DNA of 32,000 bases from Candidatus Saccharimonadota bacterium (GTDB lineage Bacteria; Patescibacteriota; Gracilibacteria; BD1-5; UBA2023), in assembly GCA_963706795.1 (NCBI GenBank), contig OY970170.1:1080001-1112000 (forward strand), read 5' to 3'. Position numbers and translations under genes: made by a program. The notes under the pieces are model-generated. The model saw nothing but the letters and a program-made list of their open reading frames with translations, ran no database searches and had not been told where the DNA came from. How positions within the stretch are numbered: position 1 is the first letter of the stretch; each line of letters opens with the position of its first letter. Positions 10,910 to 20,578 of the stretch are shown here, in pieces.

Positions 10910-12180
10910 GTGCTTATTTTTATCTGCCTTAGTACGTAGATTAATACACAGAGTTCACTCAAAATAGTTACCCCAACTGAGGCAATCAATCAGAATTGCG
11001 GTACGAAATAATAATTACCGATTATATTGAAAATGACTACTCCAAATAAGAGAAGGGTCATTTTTTTTATTGCCGCAATGCTGTAAGTATAAAAAAGTGC
11101 ATTCCAAAGATAGAGTTTATTGCTTACTGCAGTGAGCAGTGTAAAGGCAATTATGAGTGGCCAGTGAATTGGGTAGTGGAATCCGAACTTGATAATAAAA
11201 TATATTAAAATAGGCACAAGAAATATATCTCATACGAGTACAATATTTGCGATTTTTTTCAATTTTTCTATGACAGGTTTTTTGTCATCTATCATGAAGA
11301 GTTTTGTAGAAAGCACATTTAAAAGAAGGCTAATTATAGTGGCGGTAATGATTATTGAGCTATCATAGTATGCCTGAAAAATACCTAGTTGTTCAGTGGG
11401 GAGAAACTTATATAGAAAGACCTTATCAATATATGAGAGGATTGATTGAAATAGAAATATTAAAAATATCCATGTTCCATAACTATAAATCTTCTTGATA
11501 TGGCCCCAGGAAAAGCTGAAATGAATCTTTGGGGATAGATATAAAAGGGCGGCCACTATTTTTGTGCTATAGAGAACTATATACGGAATCAAAAAGAGAC
11601 GTATATCTGCATAGTAAAAAGACATACTCAGAAAAACGATGAACATAGTGATATGTGCACTGCTGGTCATAATACTCTCTTTATCAAACAGATTATATGC
11701 CCTCAAAATGCCCTCAAAAAAACTATTTCCATAGAGTAAAACGAGTAATAGAAGTACATAGTGATACTTTATGGAGGTTAATCCTGTAAAATCCATAAAC
11801 ACTCCTCAAAACCAATAGTACAGAGTAATTGCTCATGGCAGCAAAATGAGTATGAGCCAAAAGACAGATGAAAAATAAATATTTTTTTGCGCTACGTCTT
11901 TTGTTTCGGCAATATATTTAGTGCTTCATTGTAAAAAAAGTTGAAGAGGCAGCATGAAAAGCGATGCAGCAGCCAGCATAAAAGAAAAATCTCCAAAAAT
12001 GTTGGATCCTACAATATTGCCTCCATACACGCGTAGTCAAAAGAGCAATATTTTTGATATCACTGCTGCTCACACTACAAATCAAAGATCTCTTAAAAAG
12101 ACCAACATATCATCTGATGGTCCGTGCCCAAATATTCGTAGATGTAGAAAATCTATGAATCGAAGAATATTTTTTTTCAT
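10906..12180 (-). CDS. Wzx-like polysaccharide / O-unit flippase (MOP superfamily membrane protein)
   Basis: The minus-strand frame is open from ATG 12180 (alternative ATG at 12207) to TAG 10906-10908. The product is about 424 aa and hydrophobic throughout, with many TM helices (LGFVVGAAVISKILLFGL, IYFSSVFWLILILLPGAITLYYWF, GTWIFLIFLFQSIL). The track splits it at TGA codons 10990, 11230, 11806 and others; there are eight in-frame TGAs. Confidence 0.7.
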
Positions 12181-12213
12181 AAATCTCGAAAGCAACTGCG
12201 GCAACATAGTTTT

Positions 12214-13584
12214 TTATTGCCGTCCAAACTCATCCTCAAATCTCACAATATCATCTTCGCCTAAATAATCACCAATCTGACTCTCAATCAAATGTAGAAT
12301 CTCATTTGAACTATTTCCAAGTCTATGTTTTGTTTCAATGGGTATAAAACAGCTTTCGCCGCGTTGTAAAATTTGTGAAGATTCCCCTATGATCACATCA
12401 GCTACTCCAGAGACAACCACCCAGTGTTCGCTTCGTTTATGATGCAGTTGCAGTGATAGTCTTTTTCAGGGGAGCACTGTGAGGCGTTTGGTCTTATACC
12501 CGTTACCTTCGTCTATGACGGTATAACTTCCCCATGGACGATAAACTGTTTTGTGGATTTCCGTTGCCTCTTTGTGGCTGGATTCTAGGATTTTTACTGC
12601 TTCTTTAACATATTGTGATGAGCCTTTTTTTGTGATCAGTAGTGCATCATGTGCATCTATAACCAGTGTATTGTCTAGTCCGATAAGCACGATCGGTTTA
12701 TGAGTATTTTCGGAAATACGAAAATTATTCGCTCAGTCTATCTCAATAAGTGCCTCCTGTTTGTTTGTGATTTTTGCGTATTCTTCGAGTGCATCAAAGC
12801 TTCAGAGATCGCTCCAATATCAGGGGAAGGGGATTGTGGAAACCTTTGTGGATTTTTCGAGGATACCGTAGTCGACTGAGATATCTGGGAGTTTTTGGAA
12901 TCGTTCTACAATGCTGGATTCAGTCTCGAATATGTTTAAGTATGCTGGATTAATCGCACGAAGCTCTTTTATAAAAAGCTCTACATTAAAAAGAAATATG
13001 CCAGAATTCCAGAGATAGCCTTTGGCTAAGTATTCTTTTGCAGTTACTGCGTCGGGCTTTTCTTTAAATTCGATTACACGAGAACATGTTGTGGGATTTT
13101 GGGCGAGAATATAACCATACCCCGTATGTGGTGAAGATGGTTGAACTCCAAAAGTAATGATGGTTTTTGAGGCTTCTTTTGACCATTGTTTTACTGTGTC
13201 GGCGAAGAGTTGTTCATCACCGATGACATGGTCTGATGAGAGTACGAGCACATCAGAATTACCAGAGAGTCGTTGAATTCCGAGCAAAATTGCAGCAAGC
13301 GTATTGCGTGCCTGCGGCTCAAGAATGAGATTTGAGTCTCATAATTCTATTCCGAGTTCTTCCGCCTGAGTCATGCAATGAAATCTGTAGGTTTCATTGG
13401 TAACGATTCGAATATCTTTTGTTTCGGATAACAGTAGCGCCCGTTCAAGAGTTTTTTGAAAAAGAGATTTACCTTCAAAAAGGTCGAGTTGAATAAACTG
13501 CTTTGGATATTGCTTGCGTGAAAGTGGCCAAAGACGTGTCCCTGAGCCTCCGGCAAGTATGATTGTATGAATTTTTGAGGACAT
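12214..13584 (-). CDS. manC: Mannose-1-phosphate guanylyltransferase / mannose-6-phosphate isomerase (bifunctional type II)
   Basis: Four track ORFs share one frame (12214, 12466, 12820, 13339). The N-terminus is IILAGGSGTRLWPLSRKQYPKQF...LEPQARNTLAAI. The C-terminal cupin is LSLQLHHKRSEHWVVVSG...ETKHRLGN...YLGEDDIVRFEDEFGR. It starts at ATG 13584 and stops at TAA 12214-12216. Confidence 0.9.
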
Positions 13585-13585
13585 A

Positions 13586-15406
13586 TTATTTCACCGTTAC
13601 GCTCTTCGCTAAATTTCTCGGCCTATCAATCTCTCGTCCCAGTAAATCAGCTGTATGGTACGCAAATAACTGTCCTGCAATCGATGCGAGGAAGGCGAAG
13701 GAATACCCATTACACTCAGGAACTGTGATATTCCAGTCCGCATGTTCAATGACACGCTCTGAGATGGCGAGGACTTTTCAGCCACGGGCGCGGATTTCTT
13801 CAATGGAGGAGCAATTTTTGAGGAAGTGTTCGTCATTGGGAATGAACACCACCGAAGGACACTCAGGGTCAATGAGTGCGAGTGAGCCATGCTTGAGCTC
13901 TCAGAGTGGGAGTGCCTGTGCGTGACGATAGGTGATTTCTTTGAATTTAAGTGCTGCCTCCATAGCAACAGGGATTCCGGCACCTCGCGAGAGGAAGAAA
14001 CAGTGCTCGAACTTTGTAAAATCCTTTGCGATTTTTCGGATGCTCGAGGAGAGATCGAGAACTTCGAAGGCGTCTTCGGGGAGTTTTTCGAGGCATCAGA
14101 GGACTTTGCGATATTCGCGGTAATCACCACCGCATTGGATTGAGAAAAAAAGTGTGAGAAGTAGTACCGCTCAGAGCTGTCCGATAAATGCTTTTGTGGA
14201 GGCAACACCGACTTCGGTTCCGGAGTGGGTGAAGAGTCACATGTCGGTCATGCGAGCTATGCTTGAGCCTACAACATTCACGATACCAAAGGTTTTTGCG
14301 CCCTTCTCTTTGAGGTATTTGAGCGGCTCAAGTGCATCGGCGGTTTCTCCGGACTGAGAGACAAACACGTAGAGTGTATCCTTGCGAACATTGACCGGTC
14401 GCGAAAAAAACTCACTCGCGATCGTAGCCCGAGAAGTGATACCAGCAAGTTCCTCGATCCAGTATGACCCCAGAAGTCCTGCATGGAAAGATGTTCCGCA
14501 GGCGATGAATTCTACGTTATCAAAGTTGGTATCACGTAAATCCTGGAACGAATTTGCCATGAGTGTCAGATCGTCAAAATTGACGCGTCAGCGGAATACT
14601 TCGGCAATACTCATCGGAGTTTCGTCGATCTCTTTGAGCATGAAATGTTTGTAATTCCCTTTGCTGATATGTAGTTTTTCTACATCGATACGTTCAAGAG
14701 AGCGCGACACGAGTGATCATTCTTGGCGGACAGAGTATTGCCCATTTTGAATATGGACGAGATCACCGTCTTCCAAAAAAATAACATCCTGTGTTTCTTC
14801 GACAAGTGCGTTGGAGTCGGAAGAAAAAAAGAAGGTATCATTTGCACCTTTTCCTAAAATCAAGGGGCTTCCGTATTTTACACCGATCATTTCAGTGGGA
14901 TTTTCTACGCTGACAACGAGGAGTGCATAGGCTCATTCAAGCTTCGGGAGCACCTTTTCGACACGTTCGAGAAGGGTAGATCCTGGCGTGTCTTCGATCA
15001 ATTTTACGATGACTTCTGAGTCGGTCTGACCATAAAATGTATAGCCTTTTGCAATGAGTTCAGCCTGAAGTGCTCGGAAATTCTCGACAATTCCATTATG
15101 AACGAGATAGAATTGTCGCTTGGTATCGCAGTGTGGATGAGTATTTTCTGGGGTAACTCCGCCGTGTGTTGCCCAGCGGGTATGACCAATACCCATGGAA
15201 TATTGTTTTGCAGGATTGCGGCAGTTTTCGACAGTATTCGTGAGCTCCGAGACTTTGCCAACGGCTCTGAAAAGATCGATGGTTTTACCATCATGTACCG
15301 CGATTCCGGCTGAGTCATAGCCTCTGTATTCGAGCTTTTCGAGTCCATGAAGCAGGATACTATCAGCATCTTTGCGATCTCAGACGTAGCCAAATATTCC
15401 GCACAT
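13586..15406 (-). CDS. glmS: Glutamine--fructose-6-phosphate aminotransferase (isomerizing)
   Basis: The start is MCGIFGYV[TGA][28 protein letters not shown], from ATG at 15406. It includes [11 protein letters not shown], the SIS domain CGTSFHAGL...[13 protein letters not shown], and the C-terminus [11 protein letters not shown] followed by TAA 13586-13588. It carries many in-frame TGAs. Confidence 0.95.
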
Positions 15407-15409
15407 AGA

Positions 15410-16519
15410 TTACAAGAGAGAAGTAATATGGTCTACAATCCTGTTCTGGAAGATACTTCGATCGAATTTCATAGCGTATTTACGAATATCGTAGGCGCTC
15501 CAATTTTGTCATTCAAATCGCTCCACAGCGTCCAAGACTGCGGGTACGGTTTGTTCCTGGAAAAACACTCCACTTTCGCCATCTCGTACCGTCTCTAGGG
15601 CTCATCCCTTCCCAAAAGCAATGACTGGAGTACCACAGAGCATGGACTCGATGGGAACCATTCCAAAGTCTTCGTCGGCTGCAAAGAGAAACGCTCGTGC
15701 CTTTTGGTAGAGCTTAATCTTTTCGGAATGTGTCACGCCGAATTTCCAAGTAATATTTGATTTTGAGCGCTTCATGAGCTCTTTTTGGAGCTTGTTTTCG
15801 GTGTTCGTGACTATGACGAGCTCTTTGCCATTTTCGTTGAATGCATCAACCAAAAGGTCGTATCGCTTGTAGGGGATTATGCGCCCAACAGCGAGATAAA
15901 AATTAGATTTGTCTGTCTCGAGAGTAAATCTGCTGCTATCTATACCAGGAGTGATGACGGTGGATTCGCGGCGATAGTATTTTGCAATACGATTGGCCGT
16001 ATTTCGCGAATTTGCAATAAAAGCATCAACTCGTGCCGAAGCTGCAATATCCCAGAGGCGAAGTCTATGAAAAAAATACGGCATCACGAGTCGCGCAAGT
16101 GGATTGAGCCAGCCGAATTCTGGATTTTGCATGTATTCATGCGCGTGACTCCAGTAGTAGCGAGTTGGCGAATGGCAATAACAAATATGAAGGGTCTCTG
16201 GCTGCGTAATAATCCCCTTCGCTTCGGCGCTCGAAGCCGAAATTACAATATCATAGCCTCTGAGGTCGAGGCTCTCAAAAGCATATGGTCTGAGGAATGG
16301 TACAAGTTTTGGGCGCGTTCGAATAAAAGGAATTTTATTCAAAAAAGTCGTTCGTACCTCTCTGAACGCCAGATCTGGAAAATTCTTTTCGATAAATACG
16401 GATGTATAGAGATCGGCATGAGGAAAAATCTCCAAGAGATCATACAAAACCTGCTCTGCACCTCCCCAGTCTTTGAGCCAGTCGCAGACGATTGCGATAC
16501 GTTTGTCTTCGAATGCCAT
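15410..16519 (-). CDS. Glycosyltransferase family 4
   Basis: Starts at ATG 16519 with MAFEDKRIAIVCDWLKDWGGAEQVLYDL. The sequence EDFGMVPIESMLCGTPVIAFGKG[TGA]ALETVRDGESG continues through TGA 15602 and TGA 15509 to TAA 15410-15412. Confidence 0.85.
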
Positions 16520-16534
16520 TTTACTTGTTGAACT

Positions 16535-16562
16535 TTGTACTTAAAATCGGGCGAAGTATACT
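16535..16562 (+). promoter_or_regulatory. Candidate sigma-70-type promoter for the 16577 GT4 gene (TTGTAC, 16-nt spacer, TATACT)
   Basis: TTGTAC lies at 16535-16540 and TATACT at 16557-16562, 14 nt upstream of the TTG start. The -10 box sits in the palindrome AGTATACT, which also reads TATACT on the minus strand. Confidence 0.35.
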
Positions 16563-16576
16563 AAACACTCTTTCAA

Positions 16577-17677
16577 TTGAAAGGAAAAATCGCGATCGTA
16601 CACGATAGTTTTTTTGTGAAGGGCTGAGCTGAGCGAATGAATATCCAAATCGCTAAAATGCTCGGAGCTGATATTGTGGCAGCTCTGTTTTCGGAGGCGA
16701 GCTACGACCTCGAGTCGATGGGTTTTACATGAAAAAAAATCAGCGTCTATTCAGGATTTAGACGTGGAATGTATGGATTCCTCATAATGAAGCTTGCATT
16801 CTTTTTTCGCACTTCTTGTCTGAGTGAGTATGAGACCGTTATTTTTTCAAATGAAGGAATCAGCGCGCAGCGTTCTGTAAAAAACGCAAAAAAAATCTAT
16901 TATGCGCACTCTATCTCTAGACATCTCTTCGACCAAAAAGCGGATTATATGCGCAAAGCGCCAGCTTGGTTTCGTCCGATCTTTTCGATTGCACTGACAA
17001 TTTTTAGAGTGTGGTATGTAGCTGATCTCAGGGCAATGGATCTCATATTTGCCAATTCGCAGAAAAATGCGGAATTCCTACGAAAACTTGCCCCAAAGGT
17101 CCGCGTAGAGGTGCTCTATCCGCCAGTTGATACCACAGAATTCTTCCCTTGAATAGATGATGAAAGAGGGGATTACTATCTCTCATATGCACGTCTTGCT
17201 CACTCAAAGCGTGTCGATGCGGTGATCCGTGCTTTTAAGCTCATTTCAACAAAGAAACTGCTGGTTATTTATGGTAAAAATGATCCACAGCGCGCAGAAT
17301 TTATATGACTTGCAGATGATGCGCCAAATATCGAATTTCGTACGCTTGAGGACAACAATGAGCTTCCGTCGATTGTACGGAAGGCTATCGCGCTCATTTA
17401 TGTAGCTCACAACGAAGATTTTGGTATGAATACAACCGAGGCTTTCGCATCGGGGATTCCAGTGATTTCGGTTGCTGAGGGTGGATTTTTGGAGACGATG
17501 ATCGATGGGGAGACAGGTGTCCTTTTACAGCCAGATTTCTCTGATCAGGACCTTGCAAATGCGGTGGTGGGAATGTCACATGAAAGAGCGCTTACCTTTA
17601 GAGATGCGTGTATTGCGAGAGCTGAACATTTCTCTCTCGTATCTTTTGAGAAGCGACTTAGGGGATTTTTAAAATAA
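16577..17677 (+). CDS. Glycosyltransferase family 4
   Basis: A TTG start at 16577 is required to include the conserved N-terminus KIAIVHDSFFVKG[TGA]AERM. The C-terminal part is NEDFGMNTTEAFASGIPVISVAEGGFLETMIDGETG. It ends at TAA 17675-17677, with four in-frame TGAs. Confidence 0.8.
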
Positions 17678-17684
17678 AACTCCA

Positions 17685-17719
17685 ATAAAAAAACACCGCC
17701 TCGAGGCGGTGTTTTTTCT
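17685..17719. terminator. Bidirectional rho-independent terminator between convergent genes
   Basis: AAAAAAACACCGCC-TCGA-GGCGGTGTTTTTT forms a perfect 7-bp GC-rich stem (17694-17700 with 17705-17711). An A-run flanks it on the left and a T-run on the right. Confidence 0.85.
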
Positions 17720-17728
17720 TTGTAAAAA

Positions 17729-18571
17729 TTATTTTCGAGTTCCTTCGTATGTTGCAATTCCCTTGAGTGAGACTCGGACTGATTGCTCGCCGTCAACATG
17801 TGTACCGATGATATATTCTGGGAAGAATATGATCGCCTCGTCGCCGTCGATGACAACATTTTGGTAGTTTTTCCACTTTGAATCCGTTGCGTCGATTACA
17901 GCCTTCTTACCAAGATTTGGGTATTTTGCGAGAAGTGCGGTCTGTGCTCGGAATGCGAATTCATTGAGTGTATCCTGCTTCCCAAGGAGATAACGTCTAA
18001 ATGTGAGGTGTCGTCCTGTGTCGCTGTAGATATATGTCTGATTGATATTGATCCCGTGAGCTCCACCTGTAAATTCGTAGGCGTGGATAACGGTTGAGAT
18101 CGTCTTTGCTGACTTATATGATGCAAATGAAGAATCATAGCTGAGTTTCGCACTCGAGATACCTGCAATATCCTTGGCATTGTCCTCTACTTCTGTAATG
18201 CCAGTTTTAATAAAGTGCTCGATTCGCTTATTTGCGGGAGTGAGATTTTTGCTCTGGTATGATGGATATTTTGCATCCACTTCTGCGATTGCATTTTTGC
18301 TGATCGTCTTGATCTCAAATCCGGATTCACGGAAGAGCTTCCATTCCTCAACACTTCGTCCGTCTGGTAAATTGCAGAGCGCGTATTCTCCACCCTTTGC
18401 ATCTTTTTTAGTGATGGATTCTCCACCAAGATCTTTACAAAATACAGATGCAGGATTAGCCATACCTGCAATAGGTGTGACAGGAGTTGCGGTAGTAGTC
18501 ACCATAACATCAGCAAATCCAATGGCTGGTACGACCATGGCAATGACGAGTGAACCTAAAAATCGAAACAT
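17729..18571 (-). CDS. Secreted protein with an N-terminal DUF333 domain and a C-terminal DUF3298/DUF4163-like domain
   Basis: Starts at ATG 18571 (the track starts it at TTG 18577). The signal peptide is MFRFLGSLVIAMVVPAIGFA. GMANPASVFCKDLGGE...ALCNLPDGRSVEEWKLFR matches DUF333. YEFTGGAHG...LTFRRYL is typical of DUF3298. No in-frame TGA. Stops at TAA 17729-17731. Confidence 0.7.
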   Translation of the reverse strand: MFRFLGSLVIAMVVPAIGFADVMVTTTATPVTPIAGMANPASVFCKDLGGESITKKDAKGGEYALCNLPDGRSVEEWKLFRESGFEIKTISKNAIAEVDAKYPSYQSKNLTPANKRIEHFIKTGITEVEDNAKDIAGISSAKLSYDSSFASYKSAKTISTVIHAYEFTGGAHGININQTYIYSDTGRHLTFRRYLLGKQDTLNEFAFRAQTALLAKYPNLGKKAVIDATDSKWKNYQNVVIDGDEAIIFFPEYIIGTHVDGEQSVRVSLKGIATYEGTRK

Positions 18572-18763
18572 ATACAAAAATTATTCAAATAGATTGCAGC
18601 GAATACTGCTCATATGCTACAACGAATTTTAAAAAATAATGTGACAAAAATCCTAAATTTTATTTTCCCAACGTTTTCGATATACTTCACGCCATCAAAA
18701 GCAGAAAACTGAGATAGCTAAGGCTTTCTCTTTTTTGAATATTTTTCACCTTTTACACAGAGT

Positions 18764-20218
18764 ATGGCTAACGAAACAATTGTTCGATTTGATAATGTCA
18801 CTTTCCAATTCGACAATGGTCGCATAATTTTGGACGAGGTAGACTTTTCGGTTCGTCGAGGTTCCAAAATTACGATCATGGGGCAGAACGGAGCAGGGAA
18901 GACCACGCTCTTTAAAATGATGACTGAAGGTATTAAGCCAAAATACGGGCGAATTCTCACAGATGCTGGCGTGCATATTGCCACAGCATTCCAGGTTATG
19001 CCTCAAGAGGATCGTGATCTTACAATTCAAGCATTTTTCCGTAAGTATTATCGCGGTGATGCCTTTAATATCGATCGCCAGATTGGTGAAATCCTCGCGG
19101 TTGTTAATCTCAAAGCTCCGCTCGATCGCATTGTCCGATCATTTTCTGGTGGTCAGCAGGCTCGACTTCTTTTAGCGGCAGCACTTATTCAGGATCCAGA
19201 CCTTTTGTTATTGGACGAGCCAACAAATAATCTCGATGTGGATGGGATTGCGCACCTCACGGACTTCCTCATCGCTTATAAAAAGTCAGTGATTGTTATT
19301 TCGCATGATGCGGACTTCCTCAATGCCTTTACGGGCGGTGTCTTGTATCTTGATGTAAATACGCATAAAGTTGAGCAATATGTCGGCGACTACCACGATG
19401 TAGTTGATCAGATTGCAGCCCGTATTGAGAAGGAAAACATGAAGAATGCACAAATGGCTAAAATCGCCCAGGCTAACAAGGATCAAGCCAATGTCTTTGC
19501 ACACAAAGGAGGTAAACTCCGTCTCGTTGCCAAAAAAATGCGCGAAAAAGCCGAAGAAATGGAAGAAAACATGGTCGATGTTCGCAGAGAAGACAAGACT
19601 ATTCGAGCCTTTGAAATCCCAATGCAAGATGACATCGGAGGCGAGCTTATTGGTATCAAGAGTGTTAATGTTATCATTGACCACGAACCTACCGAAAAAG
19701 ATGTCGAAGTCTCTATTCGTAAGGGTCGTCACCTCCTTCTCTCTGGACCGAATGGTATCGGGAAGACAACACTTCTTGAGTCTATTGCCAAAGGTACTGC
19801 CAAGGGTGCAAAGATCGCTCCTGGTGTAAAAATTGGATACTATCGTCAAGACTTCTCGACACTTGATTTCAATCAGACCGTCCTCGAATGTCTCGAACAA
19901 GCCTCTGAAGGTAAGCTCAACGAAAAAGAAATCCGCTCTATGGCTGCAGGATTTCTCATCACTGGAGAAGTTATGAAGACGAAGATTGGTCACCTCTCGG
20001 AAGGGCAAAAAGCACTTGTTTCGTTTGCGAGTCTTGTCCTCATGAGACCAGGTGTACTCATCCTCGATGAACCAACAAACCATGTAAATTTCCGACATAT
20101 TCCCGTAATTGCCGAAGCACTCGATGCCTACGAAGGTGGGATGATCCTCGTATCACACGTAAATGAATTTGTTTGGCAGATCCGAATTGACGACTACCTC
20201 GAGCTTGGTGAGATATAA
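18764..20218 (+). CDS. ABC-F family ATPase (two ABC domains, no transmembrane domain)
   Basis: Walker A GQNGAGKTT, signature FSGGQQARL and Walker B LLLLDEPTNNLD are followed by a charged linker. A second set follows: GPNGIGKTT, LSEGQKAL and VLILDEPTNHVN. The product is 484 aa with no in-frame TGA. Confidence 0.9.
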   Translation: MANETIVRFDNVTFQFDNGRIILDEVDFSVRRGSKITIMGQNGAGKTTLFKMMTEGIKPKYGRILTDAGVHIATAFQVMPQEDRDLTIQAFFRKYYRGDAFNIDRQIGEILAVVNLKAPLDRIVRSFSGGQQARLLLAAALIQDPDLLLLDEPTNNLDVDGIAHLTDFLIAYKKSVIVISHDADFLNAFTGGVLYLDVNTHKVEQYVGDYHDVVDQIAARIEKENMKNAQMAKIAQANKDQANVFAHKGGKLRLVAKKMREKAEEMEENMVDVRREDKTIRAFEIPMQDDIGGELIGIKSVNVIIDHEPTEKDVEVSIRKGRHLLLSGPNGIGKTTLLESIAKGTAKGAKIAPGVKIGYYRQDFSTLDFNQTVLECLEQASEGKLNEKEIRSMAAGFLITGEVMKTKIGHLSEGQKALVSFASLVLMRPGVLILDEPTNHVNFRHIPVIAEALDAYEGGMILVSHVNEFVWQIRIDDYLELGEI

Positions 20219-20221
20219 AAT

Positions 20222-20497
20222 ATGCAAGCGCCCGCGGTCTACATCCTCGAATGCTCTGATGGCTCGCTCTATACTGGCTCGACAAATGATCTCGTAAAGC
20301 GTCTTCATGAGCATAATCATCTCAAGTCCGGTGCCCACTATACCAAGATTCGTAGACCTGTAACTTTGGTCTATTCTGAGGCACTTCCAACCCTCAGTGA
20401 TGCCCGAAAACGGGAGTGTGTCATCAAGACATATTCACGTAAGCAAAAGCAAGAACTCATCGACCACCACACAAAGCCTGATAATTCCCCACTTTAA
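20222..20497 (+). CDS. GIY-YIG nuclease-domain protein (UPF0213-like, 91 aa)
   Basis: VYILECSDGSLYTGSTNDLVKRLHEHN matches the GIY-(x)-YTG motif of small stand-alone GIY-YIG proteins. The start lies 3 nt after the ABC-F stop. Confidence 0.8.
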   Translation: MQAPAVYILECSDGSLYTGSTNDLVKRLHEHNHLKSGAHYTKIRRPVTLVYSEALPTLSDARKRECVIKTYSRKQKQELIDHHTKPDNSPL

Positions 20498-20516
20498 AAT
20501 TGAATTGGGGAATTAT
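20481..20516 (+). terminator. Perfect 11-bp inverted repeat spanning the GIY-YIG stop codon (candidate terminator or RNA hairpin)
   Basis: ATAATTCCCCA (20481-20491) pairs with TGGGGAATTAT (20506-20516) around a 14-nt loop containing TAA 20495-20497. The downstream T-run is poor, so terminator function is uncertain. Confidence 0.35.
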
Positions 20517-20578
20517 TTAGTATAGAATGAATCTTGTTTGTACACATGCCCCCATTTATTACCCGCTAAATCTGATCT

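Noticed and set aside
11954-12268. A 104-aa plus-strand ORF
   Set aside because: It is antisense to the N-terminal part of the flippase gene. It has no start context and no recognisable motif.
13609-14208. A 199-aa minus-strand ORF in the track
   Set aside because: It lies in an alternative frame inside glmS (13586-15406). Its translation is Ser-rich and low-complexity, with no recognisable motif. The glmS frame explains the region.
15407-15409. A glmS ribozyme or other leader upstream of glmS
   Set aside because: Only 3 nt separate glmS from the upstream GT4 stop codon, leaving no room for a structured leader.
15785-16531. A 248-aa plus-strand ORF
   Set aside because: It is antisense to the well-supported GT4 gene at 15410-16519, and its translation shows no family resemblance. 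It is a shadow ORF.
18578-18763. A possible small RNA or tRNA in the longest intergenic region (186 bp)
   Set aside because: The region is AT-rich, with no cloverleaf-compatible stems or conserved tRNA boxes that I could find by eye. It is most simply a divergent promoter region. I could not identify convincing -35/-10 pairs, so I annotated no feature.
19286-20098. A 270-aa minus-strand ORF
   Set aside because: It is antisense to the ABC-F ATPase, whose Walker and signature motifs are unambiguous. It is a shadow ORF.
20222-20497. The GIY-YIG gene as a homing endonuclease or mobile element
   Set aside because: It is a 91-aa stand-alone UPF0213-type GIY-YIG domain with no DNA-binding extension. 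There is no intron or intein context and there are no flanking repeats. It is more likely a housekeeping nuclease.
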